A DNA stretch of 64,000 bases from positions 1 to 64,000 of the IMG/VR virus record IMGVR_UViG_3300034520_000200; one strand, given 5' to 3'. Positions 1 to 9,451 of the stretch are shown here, in pieces (the first letter of the stretch is position 1; every line of letters begins with the position of its first letter). The position numbers and the translations under genes were made by a program. Source of the DNA: a virus. The notes beneath the pieces are model-generated. The model did no database searches. It saw only the letters and a program-made list of their open reading frames with translations, and had not been told where the DNA came from.

Positions 1-25
1 AAAATGATATTTAAGGGAGGACTTA

Positions 26-646
26 TTGATGGGAGTTTTATCTGACAGACAAATAAGAGAATATGTTGAGAGGTACAAAATGATTGATCCGTTTGAACCA
101 AAACAAGTAAAAGAAATTATATTTAATTCTAATGTAGAATGTGGAGAAGCTCTTTCAAAAATTATTCCAGTTATTTCTTATGGAACTTCATGTTATGGCT
201 ATGATCTTAGAGCTGGAAATGTTTTTCAAGTATTTACAAATCTAGATGATTATGTAGTAGATCCGAAAAACTTCAATCCAAAACTTTTATTTGAGAAGAA
301 AGTTCAACCACATGAAGCTGTCATTATTCCTCCCAATAGTTTTGCGTTAGCTGTTTCAGTTGAAAGGTTTAAAATTCCGAGAAATATAGTTACAATATGC
401 ATGGGGAAATCAACATATGCTAGATGTGGAATTATTGTTAATGTAACTCCTTTTGAACCAGAATGGGAGGGATATCCGACATTAGAAATATCTAATACTA
501 CTCCTTTACCAGCAAAAATATATGCTTATGAAGGTTTGGCACAAGTAATGTTTTTGACTGGTGACGAAGTATGTGAAATATCATATGCTGACAAGAAAGG
601 TAAATATCAAAATCAAGAAAACAAGCCAGTTCCTCCAAAAGTTTAA
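26..646 (+). CDS. dcd: dCTP deaminase
   Basis: [30 protein letters not shown] and YQNQ motifs of the dCTP deaminase family; RBS GGGAGG upstream. Confidence 0.93.
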   Translation: MMGVLSDRQIREYVERYKMIDPFEPKQVKEIIFNSNVECGEALSKIIPVISYGTSCYGYDLRAGNVFQVFTNLDDYVVDPKNFNPKLLFEKKVQPHEAVIIPPNSFALAVSVERFKIPRNIVTICMGKSTYARCGIIVNVTPFEPEWEGYPTLEISNTTPLPAKIYAYEGLAQVMFLTGDEVCEISYADKKGKYQNQENKPVPPKV

Positions 647-661
647 AAGGAGGAGATATAT

Positions 662-1012
662 TTGCTGCAAGTATATACAGAAATAATTAGACCTGATATT
701 AAGATAAATAAAGTTATAATAGAACTTGACAATATATATGAACTTGTTGTTGAAGGTGATAATTCAGTTATTTATACTAATGAATTTTTTAATTATCATC
801 TTAAAAAATTCCATATCGATAATATTTTATTTTTGATATTTTGTGAAGATTGGTTAAAAAATAGAAATGTAAAAGCAGAACTTAAAATTATGAGAAATTT
901 GAATATAATTGATAAAATGATATTTAGTTTTATACTTTGGTTAAAAAGGAAGGTGTATAATGAATTAGGTTTGGAATCATTTGAATTAGCTGAAGAAATA
1001 AAGGAGGATTAA
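662..1012 (+). CDS. hypothetical protein
   Basis: TTG start after AGGAGG; lies between dcd and the RNR gene. Confidence 0.7.
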   Translation: MLQVYTEIIRPDIKINKVIIELDNIYELVVEGDNSVIYTNEFFNYHLKKFHIDNILFLIFCEDWLKNRNVKAELKIMRNLNIIDKMIFSFILWLKRKVYNELGLESFELAEEIKED

Positions 1013-1015
1013 TTT

Positions 1016-3232
1016 ATGTTTTTAGATGCTGCAATTAAAATCTTAGAAAAAAGGTATTTAGAAAAGAATGATAAAGGAGAAATTATCGAAACTCCTGAAG
1101 AAAGATTTGAAAAAGTAGCAGATGAGATATCAAAAGCTGAAAAAAATGAAGAATTACAAAAAAAATGGAAAAATAGATTTTTAGAACATATGTTAGAATT
1201 AAATTTTCTGCCAAATTCACCTACTCTAATGAATGCTGGCAAAAATATTGATAGTCGTTATAAACAATATTGTGCTTGTACAGTAATTGATATAGATGAT
1301 AATATGGAAAGTATTGGAGAATCTGTAAAAGAGATAATGCTAATTCATAAAACCGGTGCTGGGACTGGAATGAATTATTCAAAATTAAGACCTAAGGGTT
1401 CTTTAGTTAGTACAACAAAGGGTAAATCATCTGGACCAATTGAATTTATGAAAATACACAACTCAGCTACTGAAGCTGTAAAACAAGGAGGCGTAAGAAG
1501 AGGAGCAAATATAGGTTTATTAGAAATATGGCATCCAGACATTATTGATTTTATAAATTTAAAATCGAAACCCGGTATAATGGAAAATTTCAATTTGTCA
1601 ATAGGTGTATGGGATGATTTTATACGTGCAATTTTAAATGGAAGTAAATATAGACTTCATTTCCCAGGTTTTCAAGAATTTGATAAAGAGGTTGATGCAA
1701 GAGAATTATTTAATTTGATTGTAAAAAGGGCTTGGGAAAGTGGAGAACCTGGACTTATATTTTTAGATACAATAAATAGACATAATCCTACACCTGAACT
1801 AGGTCCAATAAGATCAACAAATCCATGTGGTGAAGTTCCGCTCTATCCTTATGAAGCTTGTAATCTCGGATCTATAAATTTATCAAACATGATTGTTAAT
1901 AAAAAATGGAATTATAAAAAATTAGATCAAACAATTGAAGTTGGTGTAAGGTTTTTAGATAATATTGTAGATTTAACAAAGTTTCCAATTGATAAGTTTT
2001 ATACTTTACTTTTAGGAAATAGAAAAATCGGACTTGGTGTAATGGGTTGGGCAGATGCTTTACTAAAACTTGGAATTCCATATGATAGTGAACAAGCTTT
2101 AAATGAAGCTGAAAGTATTATGAAATATATTAATTCTACAGCATTAGATGTATCTAAAGCATTAGGTGAAGAGAAAGGCAATTTTCCAAATTTCGAGAAG
2201 TCAATTTATAAAGACAAACTTAAATATTTAAGAAATGCTTCAAGAACTGTTATTGCTCCTACAGGATCTATTTCAAGAATTGCAGGGGTTAATTATGGAA
2301 TAGAACCATTATACGAAATTGAAACAACTTCAAGAATTTTGAATGGAGAAGAAATAACGGTATTTCATCCAATTGTTAAACAAATATTAGAAGAACGAAA
2401 TTTGAAACATATTAAATCATCTAAAGATTTACCACAAGATCTTAAAGAAGTTATTAGAGTTGCTCATGAAATTTCTCCAGAATATCATGTTTTAATGCAA
2501 GCTGCATTTCAAAAATATACTGATAATGCTGTTTCTAAAACTGTTAATTTACCATATAATGCGACTGAACAAGATGTGTATAATATTTTTATGTTAGCTT
2601 GGGAACATGGATGCAAAGGAATAACAGTATATCGTGATGGATCAAGAAAAGATCAACCAGTTGTTAGTTCAAAAGAAACTATAACTATAAATAAAGAGTT
2701 TTCAAAAAATATAGTATATGAACATATGCCAGCGAAAATAATTCCAAAAGAAGTGGCTACAGATGCACCTTCAAGGACAATAAGAGTTAAAACTGGTTGT
2801 GGTAAATTATTTGTAGATTTAGTATTTGATGAAACTAATAAAGAATTAACTGAAGTATTTATAACTACTAATAAGAATGGAGGATGTAAATGTAATACTG
2901 AAGCTTTAGCAATGGCAGTATCTGCATTATTGAGATGTAATGTTGATCCGATGTATATTGTTAAGTTGTTAAAACAAGGAGATTCTTGTGTGTCTTTTAT
3001 GAGAGCAAAAGCAAATGATCCGCTTATGGAAGGACGATCTTGTCCAGATGCAATTGGAAGATTAATTGAAAAATATATTAAAAAAAATGAAACAATAGAA
3101 AAATCAAGGATTACTGAAATTGTAACTTATGATAGTGAATATGATATTACTTGTCCTGATTGTGGGAAAAAATTAAGAAATGCTGAAGGTTGTATTATCT
3201 GTCCGGCATGTGGATATAGTAGATGTAATTAA
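1016..3232 (+). CDS. nrdJ: class II (adenosylcobalamin-dependent) ribonucleotide reductase with C-terminal TSCPD/Zn-ribbon extension
   Basis: FLPNSPTLMNAG, TNPCGE, ACNLGSINL, IAPTGSIS, CKGITVYRDGS, SCPDAIG and terminal CxxC...CxxC; no beta-subunit gene adjacent. Confidence 0.92.
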   Translation: MFLDAAIKILEKRYLEKNDKGEIIETPEERFEKVADEISKAEKNEELQKKWKNRFLEHMLELNFLPNSPTLMNAGKNIDSRYKQYCACTVIDIDDNMESIGESVKEIMLIHKTGAGTGMNYSKLRPKGSLVSTTKGKSSGPIEFMKIHNSATEAVKQGGVRRGANIGLLEIWHPDIIDFINLKSKPGIMENFNLSIGVWDDFIRAILNGSKYRLHFPGFQEFDKEVDARELFNLIVKRAWESGEPGLIFLDTINRHNPTPELGPIRSTNPCGEVPLYPYEACNLGSINLSNMIVNKKWNYKKLDQTIEVGVRFLDNIVDLTKFPIDKFYTLLLGNRKIGLGVMGWADALLKLGIPYDSEQALNEAESIMKYINSTALDVSKALGEEKGNFPNFEKSIYKDKLKYLRNASRTVIAPTGSISRIAGVNYGIEPLYEIETTSRILNGEEITVFHPIVKQILEERNLKHIKSSKDLPQDLKEVIRVAHEISPEYHVLMQAAFQKYTDNAVSKTVNLPYNATEQDVYNIFMLAWEHGCKGITVYRDGSRKDQPVVSSKETITINKEFSKNIVYEHMPAKIIPKEVATDAPSRTIRVKTGCGKLFVDLVFDETNKELTEVFITTNKNGGCKCNTEALAMAVSALLRCNVDPMYIVKLLKQGDSCVSFMRAKANDPLMEGRSCPDAIGRLIEKYIKKNETIEKSRITEIVTYDSEYDITCPDCGKKLRNAEGCIICPACGYSRCN

Positions 3233-3277
3233 GGAGGAAACAAATTAAAAAAAGTTGAGAGGAGGTTAATTATAAAT

Positions 3278-3418
3278 ATGGTAAAAAAAGTTATTTATGA
3301 GTATGACAAAGATGGTAAGTTAGTTAAAGTAACAGAAATTGTTCATAAAAATTCAGATTGTAATAAAAAATGTCCTATAGTTGAAAATTATAAAAAAGGT
3401 CCGATGATACTAAAATAA
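3278..3418 (+). CDS. small hypothetical protein (46 aa)
   Basis: AGGAGG RBS, MVKKVIYEYDKDG...; below the ORF-track length cut-off. Confidence 0.6.
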   Translation: MVKKVIYEYDKDGKLVKVTEIVHKNSDCNKKCPIVENYKKGPMILK

Positions 3419-3447
3419 AATGGCCACCTTTTCAGGTGGCCTTATTT
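3414..3447. terminator. bidirectional intrinsic terminator
   Basis: GGCCACCT-tttc-AGGTGGCC hairpin with A/T-rich flanks between converging genes. Confidence 0.8.
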
Positions 3448-3449
3448 AT

Positions 3450-3653
3450 TTATTGATTTTTATATCTCTGCTCATAAGCTTCTATCATTTTTCTAACCAT
3501 ATTTCCTCCAACTCTTCCATTGTCTCTTGAAGAAAGTTGACCTTTATCAATTTGATCGTAGTTAGTAATTCCTAATTCTGAAGCTGTTTCAATTTTAAGT
3601 TTATCAAGCATTCGTCTAGCTTCAGGTATATTCAATTTATTTCTATTGGCCAT
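3450..3653 (-). CDS. alpha/beta-type small acid-soluble spore protein (SASP)
   Basis: LDKLKIETASELG and LSSRDNGRVGGNMVRKMIE are the two conserved alpha/beta SASP helices. Confidence 0.92.
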   Translation of the reverse strand: MANRNKLNIPEARRMLDKLKIETASELGITNYDQIDKGQLSSRDNGRVGGNMVRKMIEAYEQRYKNQ

Positions 3654-3696
3654 TTAACTTTCTCTCCTCTCTCTGTTAATTTTATTTTTGCAGTAT

Positions 3697-3726
3697 TATT
3701 ATAACCTTTTTGTTTCTACGTTATAC
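3697..3726 (-). promoter_or_regulatory. putative forespore sigma-F/sigma-G-type promoter of the SASP gene
   Basis: minus strand reads GTATA-15 nt-GGTTATAATA, matching the sigF-type GYWTA-N15-GGnnAnAnTW consensus. Confidence 0.55.
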
Positions 3727-3866
3727 ATGATAAAATATTTATCTTTTGTAATGAGTTTCCTATTTAAAATTATATTATTTTAAACTATATTAGTACTTTT
3801 ATAATAAAATTTATTTTATTTTTGAAATTTGTGTGATATAATTTAAAATAAAGGAGGTGAAAATAA

Positions 3867-4055
3867 TTGGATGAAAATGGAAAAGTGGTATTTGTAATAA
3901 TGGAAAAAGTGCAAGAAAAATTTATGTTAAAAGTTCGATGTGTTACTGCAAGTCCATCAGTAGTAAGAATGTTAAATAAGAATAATAATTACACAGTCAA
4001 AGTAGTTCCGTTTATTAATTATGAAGATATTAAAACTAAAAAGTATATGATTTAG
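3867..4055 (+). CDS. hypothetical protein
   Basis: GGAGGTG RBS, TTG start, TATAAT promoter upstream. Confidence 0.6.
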   Translation: MDENGKVVFVIMEKVQEKFMLKVRCVTASPSVVRMLNKNNNYTVKVVPFINYEDIKTKKYMI

Positions 4056-4070
4056 AAAGGTGCTGATAAA

Positions 4071-4220
4071 ATGGCTAGGACACAAGGAGCTTATAACAAA
4101 CCTATATTAGAAAGAATATTTGTCTTACTTCCAAAACTCAGTCAAAAAGAACTTCAAGCTGTTAAAAAGCAGATTGAAAATCTTATAGCTATTAATAATG
4201 AAATGAGAAAGGAAGGTTAA
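4071..4220 (+). CDS. small hypothetical protein (49 aa)
   Basis: AAAGGTG RBS, MARTQGAYNKP..., fills the operon gap. Confidence 0.6.
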   Translation: MARTQGAYNKPILERIFVLLPKLSQKELQAVKKQIENLIAINNEMRKEG

Positions 4221-4221
4221 A

Positions 4222-4488
4222 ATGACAAAGGAAAAATTTTGGGATAATGACCCTATTGTAGTAAATGAATTTGAAAAAGGCTCAAAGTTATGTAAAGCTT
4301 TATTAGGTAAAGTAAATAAAAAATACTGTGTAGCTTTACAAACATTCTTTACAGATAAAGATGGAAATGAAAGACCTGGAAAAGGATATTTTATTGTCGA
4401 CTCGAATAAACAATCAGTTATTGAACAGATTGATGATTCAATTCATTCTTTAAATGAATTGAAAAAAGCTCTGGTGAATTTAAAATGA
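4222..4488 (+). CDS. PC4/YdbC-like putative ssDNA-binding protein
   Basis: VALQTFFTDKDGNERPGKG resembles the PC4 'R.W.....P.KG' signature. Confidence 0.45.
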   Translation: MTKEKFWDNDPIVVNEFEKGSKLCKALLGKVNKKYCVALQTFFTDKDGNERPGKGYFIVDSNKQSVIEQIDDSIHSLNELKKALVNLK

Positions 4489-4829
4489 AAGACAGATCAA
4501 CACAAGCTTTAGCAATACAAAATCAATTTCGTGATATTTTTTCTTGTTTAAATAAAGTATCTAAAAGTATTGATGAATTAAACATGGAATATAATGGTAA
4601 AGATTTATACAGAGATGCAAATAGACTTTATAATACAATTAAAGACGAATATGATTTTGTAATGGATGATGATATCAAGAAACAACTTGAGCAATATGTA
4701 GAAAATGTAAAAATAGTTTTAACAAATATTGCAGTAATAAATAAATCAATAAAAAATATACAAGAAAATTTACAAGTTGCAAAAGAATATGTCAATAAAG
4801 CAGCACAGATAATTGATGTTATGATTTGA
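4485..4829 (+). CDS. coiled-coil hypothetical protein
   Basis: ATGA overlap with upstream gene; heptad-rich sequence. Confidence 0.7.
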   Translation: MKDRSTQALAIQNQFRDIFSCLNKVSKSIDELNMEYNGKDLYRDANRLYNTIKDEYDFVMDDDIKKQLEQYVENVKIVLTNIAVINKSIKNIQENLQVAKEYVNKAAQIIDVMI

Positions 4830-4840
4830 GGTGATTTATA

Positions 4841-5173
4841 TTGATAAAGAAAAAGATTGTAAAGAAAAAGAAAATAAAAATTGAAAAGCCAGTTGAAGTA
4901 CCGAAAGTTAAAGTAGAATTATCTCAAGAATTAACACGCCTAAATACTGCTAAAAAAGTAATACATTATGATACTAATGTACCTGAAGGTTGGAAAATAG
5001 TTTGTGAATGCAATCATGATAGTGGAGACCCTATAAAACTAGCTAAACAATGTATTAAAGAGTATCAACAAAAATATCCAAAAGATAATTTTAAAATTCA
5101 ACGTGCTCATCCATATTTAACATATATTCTTAAAGAAATTAAGAATAAGGGAAAATCAAATGGAAAGAAATGA
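4841..5173 (+). CDS. hypothetical protein, Lys-rich N-terminus
   Basis: GAGGTG RBS, operon context. Confidence 0.65.
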   Translation: MIKKKIVKKKKIKIEKPVEVPKVKVELSQELTRLNTAKKVIHYDTNVPEGWKIVCECNHDSGDPIKLAKQCIKEYQQKYPKDNFKIQRAHPYLTYILKEIKNKGKSNGKK

Positions 5174-5711
5174 ATATGAAGAATTATTCAAAAATGATAT
5201 TTTAGAAAAGAAAAGACTGTGTAGGAGTAAAAAGGTTGTAACTACAGGTAAAAAGAAAGTAACTGTTATGACTCCTGTTGATTATTTGAAAGGTCTTGAA
5301 AAGAAAAAATATATAAATTTAGAAAATGATGGAAAGGTGAGATATTATAAAATGTCAGACATTTTGATTTCATTAGATGAGTTTAAGAAATTAGATGATA
5401 ATAAAAAAGCAGAATATCTTAAAAGTTATTTACAGAAATATACAAGAAATGAGATTGCAAAGAAATGGAATGTAAAGAAAAGTTTCCTCAGTTATTATAT
5501 TAATAAATTAGGATTGAAAAATACTACAAATGAATCTCAAAATAATTCTTATAAAGTTGAATCATCAAAGAATTATAAAATAAATGTAAGTGGTGTATTT
5601 AAAGGATCTGAAGTAAAAGAATTTATTGCTTCATTGGATTTAGCAGTAAAAGAGAATAATACTTACTATATTAATATCGTTTTACAACAGAAATTTGAAG
5701 AATCACAATAA
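5160..5711 (+). CDS. putative HTH DNA-binding protein
   Basis: YTRNEIAKKWNVKKSFLSYYINKLGL helix-turn-helix pattern. Confidence 0.6.
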   Translation: MERNEYEELFKNDILEKKRLCRSKKVVTTGKKKVTVMTPVDYLKGLEKKKYINLENDGKVRYYKMSDILISLDEFKKLDDNKKAEYLKSYLQKYTRNEIAKKWNVKKSFLSYYINKLGLKNTTNESQNNSYKVESSKNYKINVSGVFKGSEVKEFIASLDLAVKENNTYYINIVLQQKFEESQ

Positions 5712-5944
5712 CTTTTAAATGTTTATTTATATTAATACATAAATAAAATAGTTAATAAAATAGACAGTGATAGACGTTTCAAAAAAATATCTAAATATTT
5801 TCACCTTAAATTAAATTTTTAGTGTCATATAGAGTGTTTTAGAAATATTAAATGTGGTTTAAAATTAAAATTGAACGTTATATTTAGGTACGTGTGGTAA
5901 TATATTATTATTGAATAAAATTTAATAGTTTGGAGGTGTAAACG

Positions 5945-6025
5945 ATGAGAAAATATAATAATATTCTCATCGATGTATTTTTGATATTTACATTCTCCAA
6001 CATATTATACAAATTAGTTTTTTGA
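5945..6025 (+). CDS. 26-aa hydrophobic peptide in its own transcription unit
   Basis: GGAGGTG RBS; MRKYNNILIDVFLIFTFSNILYKLVF; followed by AATAGACC/GGTCTATT-polyT terminator. Confidence 0.5.
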   Translation: MRKYNNILIDVFLIFTFSNILYKLVF

Positions 6026-6108
6026 AAATAGACCATTTAGGTCTATTTTTTTTATATAATCCTTATATTCATCCTTGTATTTACCTATATATAAGGTTGA
6101 ATATAATC

Positions 6109-6230
6109 AAAACTTTTCTTAACCTTTCTTTATAAATATATTGTTTGTTTTTAATAAAACAAACACCTTTCCGTTTTTACAAACGTTTTGGTGTAATGGC
6201 ATAGGTTGCGTAGGTTAAGAAAAAAGTTTT
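6109..6230 (+). ncRNA. candidate structured RNA element
   Basis: outer arms AAAACTTTTCTTAACCT / AGGTTAAGAAAAAAGTTTT enclose an internal TGTTTGTTT/AAACAAACA hairpin; TTTACC-16-TATAAT just upstream. Confidence 0.35.
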
Positions 6231-6306
6231 TATTGAATGTTATATAATTGATTTTGATAAAATATATTATACTGCAAAATAACAAAATCAAAAGGAGGTT
6301 TTTAAA

Positions 6307-6750
6307 ATGGTAAATGAAATTAGCATTAGTGAAAAGAATATTGAAAATGGAGGTGAGAAAGTATATAACGAAGTTCTTGAAAAAATATTAAAGTTAATTG
6401 ATAATTCAGAAGATATAAAATTTATAGAAGTTAAAAATAAATCTGGTTCAAGCATATTTGATTCAAATAAGATACGATTATTAAAAGTTGTAAAAACTAA
6501 AAGTGGATATAAAATTGAATTTAATGTTCATGTAAGTTCTGTTGAAGGAATGAAAATTTTAACTGATGAAGAAGCAAAAGAAAAACATATGGGAACTGCA
6601 AAATGGATCTATTCTGGTAATGATTTTAAAGTTATTGAAAAACTTGTTTTAGAAGCTATTGAAAATTATAAACATATGAATATTAGTTTTAAGAATAAGA
6701 AGAAAAATGATGAAAAAATAGAAGAAAATGAAATTAAATTAGTAACATAA
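6307..6750 (+). CDS. H(L/M)GT-family paralog 1 (DUF5655/YjbR-like fold, inferred)
   Basis: RLLKVVK..IEFNV..EAKEKHMGT shared with four other ORFs in the window. Confidence 0.75.
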   Translation: MVNEISISEKNIENGGEKVYNEVLEKILKLIDNSEDIKFIEVKNKSGSSIFDSNKIRLLKVVKTKSGYKIEFNVHVSSVEGMKILTDEEAKEKHMGTAKWIYSGNDFKVIEKLVLEAIENYKHMNISFKNKKKNDEKIEENEIKLVT

Positions 6751-6847
6751 CAGACAAATTTATAAAATTATTCAACAATATTATTTATTTTTGGAAATTC
6801 TGATGATATAATTATATTGTAAAAATAAAAATAAAGGAGGTTAAAAA

Positions 6848-7006
6848 ATGGAACAAGAAATGGAATGTGAAGAAAAATACGAAATATGTGAAAATTGCAA
6901 GTTATATGAAAAATTAACAGATGAAATAGGTTTATGTCATGGACCGTTTGAGACTGTATATTTTGATATGCCAATTTGTTCTGACTTTATTAAAAAGGAG
7001 GTTTAA
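6848..7006 (+). CDS. small Cys-rich protein (52 aa)
   Basis: conserved promoter and AAGGAGG upstream; CENC...C...C. Confidence 0.65.
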   Translation: MEQEMECEEKYEICENCKLYEKLTDEIGLCHGPFETVYFDMPICSDFIKKEV

Positions 7007-7008
7007 AT

Positions 7009-7413
7009 ATGGAACATGAAACAAGATATGGAATGGATGGAAGAATGAAGATTGTATCAGAAGATGATGTATTAATTGATGAAGAAACATTTCATAATTT
7101 ATTTGACAATGGTGTATGTGATACTTATATCGAACTTCCACGAATGATAAATTTAGTTGCAAAAGATATAGTAAAAATGGAAGATAATGATACAGATACA
7201 ATTTTATATCATATTGATGGAATAAGACAATTAATAAATACATGTAAAGATGCAATGAATTTATTGATACAAAAAGGAAAAGAATTAAATATTCCTGAAA
7301 AGCATATGAATCCTGATGTAATTGAGAATATTGATATACATTTAGATAAAATATCAGATATGAATATCAAAGATAATCATAACCGATATAAAAGATTTAA
7401 AGATATAAGTTAA
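7009..7413 (+). CDS. hypothetical protein
   Basis: AAGGAGG RBS, acidic composition. Confidence 0.75.
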   Translation: MEHETRYGMDGRMKIVSEDDVLIDEETFHNLFDNGVCDTYIELPRMINLVAKDIVKMEDNDTDTILYHIDGIRQLINTCKDAMNLLIQKGKELNIPEKHMNPDVIENIDIHLDKISDMNIKDNHNRYKRFKDIS

Positions 7414-7455
7414 AATTTACCATTTAATATTTGAAATAATTTTGGTATAATTATT

Positions 7456-7645
7456 ATTGCAGGTTAGGTGGTGACTCCTCTTCCTTAAGATCGTTGTATA
7501 AGTTTTATTTTTTTGAGATTTGTCTATATGACAAATCTGATTTTTGGTAGTTGTTGGTGGTTTTACATCTAATCTGCAATTATTTTCTGTCATTATGGTT
7601 TTCTCCTTTAAAGTGTGACTGATATAAAATGTCAGTCATTTTTTT
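7456..7645 (+). ncRNA. candidate trans-acting antisense sRNA
   Basis: TTTAAT-17-TATAAT promoter with TG extension (7423-7451); 15-bp outer stem 7456-7470/7566-7580 with two G-U pairs; internal AGATTTGTC/GACAAATCT hairpin; terminator TGACTGATAT/ATGTCAGTCA-polyT; no + strand RBS/ORF; loops match start regions of - arm genes. Confidence 0.7.
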
Positions 7646-7705
7646 ATATGTTTTATTTATTTTTAGCAAAAATGATGGTATTATAAAAATAAAAAGGAGG
7701 TTTTT

Positions 7706-7942
7706 ATGGAAGAATTTGAAAATATTAAAGGAAAAGTTACTGTATGTTTAAATTGCAAAGTTGTTAAAATCTCAAAAGATGGAAGTAGAATTTGTGACGA
7801 ATGTAATTATTGTAATACTATAGCATATTGGCCTACAAAGGAAAAATTCTTCGACTATATTGGAATGAATGGATTAAAGGATTTAGTTATAAAAGATGTT
7901 AAACTTATTGATGAAATATTATCTATATTTTCAGTTAAATGA
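7706..7942 (+). CDS. Zn-ribbon hypothetical protein
   Basis: CLNC...CDEC; RBS AAGGAGG. Confidence 0.7.
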   Translation: MEEFENIKGKVTVCLNCKVVKISKDGSRICDECNYCNTIAYWPTKEKFFDYIGMNGLKDLVIKDVKLIDEILSIFSVK

Positions 7943-7958
7943 AAGGAGAGATAAATAA

Positions 7959-8303
7959 ATGAAAAATGTTAAAAGATTAGAAAGTAATGTATGGGTTATG
8001 TCAACAATGATGTTGACACACGATCCTAATAATAGAAGAGGAGCTTATAGAGATTATGGAGAAATTGATAAGAAAGAATATGTCATTTTAACAGCTCCAG
8101 AATATGGATATAATAATTCAAAACAATATAAGGTAAGTCATTATATAGACGATATATTTCATACTCCAGATTTTATTATCAAAACTTATAAAGAATTATT
8201 TTTTGATACTGAAGAAGAAGCAGTTAAATATATAAAAGATAATTTTAATTTAGATTTAAGTATTGAAAGACTTAAAAATGAAGGAATTTATATTCAAGAT
8301 TAA
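7959..8303 (+). CDS. hypothetical protein, paralog of 18476-18823
   Basis: shared GA(Y/F)R, LTAP, L.F.TE..A..Y.K, DLSIER motifs. Confidence 0.75.
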   Translation: MKNVKRLESNVWVMSTMMLTHDPNNRRGAYRDYGEIDKKEYVILTAPEYGYNNSKQYKVSHYIDDIFHTPDFIIKTYKELFFDTEEEAVKYIKDNFNLDLSIERLKNEGIYIQD

Positions 8304-8377
8304 CAATCAATATTCATAAATTTTGTAACACAATTACTATATGTATCATATACTGAATATTAAGGAGGTGATTAAAA

Positions 8378-8707
8378 ATGAGAAAACGTTCTACAGTTAA
8401 TACTCCTTTAATAGATGATAAAATTGCACAAGATTATATTGATGAAGCTTGTGAAGAATTGAGTGTTGGAATTCCCATGTCAACGATTGCTGGCAGAGAT
8501 AAGTTTATTTTAGCTTCAGTTTATTCATTATTTGCTATTGTAACAATGTTAGATAATATGCAGCAAGATTTACATAAAATTACAGTTAAATTATGTGGTG
8601 AGACTGAAGAAGATAAACATAAAAAAATTATGAAAAAACTTATTGATGGTAAGAAGTTGTCTGAAGAAGAACAGAAATTTATTGACGATATAGAAAAAGA
8701 TTTATAA
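8378..8707 (+). CDS. hypothetical protein
   Basis: AAGGAGGTG RBS. Confidence 0.7.
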   Translation: MRKRSTVNTPLIDDKIAQDYIDEACEELSVGIPMSTIAGRDKFILASVYSLFAIVTMLDNMQQDLHKITVKLCGETEEDKHKKIMKKLIDGKKLSEEEQKFIDDIEKDL

Positions 8708-8829
8708 CAGATTTTAAAATCTGTTATTTTTACACAATCTTTATAAACATTTTTAACATATTTATTTATTTTTTGATATTTTGATGATATAATTATATTG
8801 TAAAAATAAAAATAAAGGAGGAAATTATA

Positions 8830-9000
8830 ATGACAGAAAGAAATTTAGAAGAATTATTGAGTATCATGGAAGAAAAACGTAAAATAAGTGTCAATTATAA
8901 TGAATTTCAAACATTATCAGAATTTTTAATACTTCATAACCAAAGTTTTACAGTTAAAGTTTCTGAAAATACTGATATTATTGATGTAATTTTAAATTAG
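8830..9000 (+). CDS. small hypothetical protein (56 aa)
   Basis: conserved promoter at 8746-8795 and AAGGAGG; MTERNLEE... Confidence 0.65.
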   Translation: MTERNLEELLSIMEEKRKISVNYNEFQTLSEFLILHNQSFTVKVSENTDIIDVILN

Positions 9001-9013
9001 GAGGTATATAAAT

Positions 9014-9340
9014 ATGATAGTTAAAGTAAAACATATATTTCATTTTGAACATTATAAAGAAATAGAAGTTCCAGATGATTTAATTGTAGATATAGAAGAT
9101 TTTGAACAAGATGCTGCAGTACAAGATGCTATTGATAAAGCTCGTGAAGAAGCTGAAGAGGAATTTGCAGAATTTAGACGAGAAAATGGTATTGATTGGA
9201 CAAAAGTTGAAGTGAATTATGAATTTGACAATGATAAATATGATTATTGCGACCATTGTGATAAGTTATATCCAAAAGATGAATTAACAATCGATGATAT
9301 AGGACTTTATATTTGTAAGAATTGTAAATCTCAAGAGTGA
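9014..9340 (+). CDS. acidic Zn-finger hypothetical protein
   Basis: CDHC...CKNC; very acidic. Confidence 0.7.
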   Translation: MIVKVKHIFHFEHYKEIEVPDDLIVDIEDFEQDAAVQDAIDKAREEAEEEFAEFRRENGIDWTKVEVNYEFDNDKYDYCDHCDKLYPKDELTIDDIGLYICKNCKSQE

Positions 9341-9451
9341 GGTGATAAAATGGATATCGACAAAGAACTTAAAAAACTTAAAATCAAAAAATCTGATTTT
9401 TTAAAATGGTTTTTGATCGTAAAACTTTATATAACAAGAGGTGAATTTTAA

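Noticed and set aside
1016-3232. Intein or intron in RNR (also checked TerL)
   Set aside because: Continuous ORFs of normal length; no intein splice or LAGLIDADG motifs seen
7417-7593. 58-codon - strand ORF with an AAAGGAG RBS (MTENNCRL...) overlapping the sRNA candidate
   Set aside because: No promoter on that strand; stems and terminator favour + via G-U pairs; the 17-nt match to gene 24465 is in a different reading frame, so it is not protein homology. Disfavoured, not excluded.
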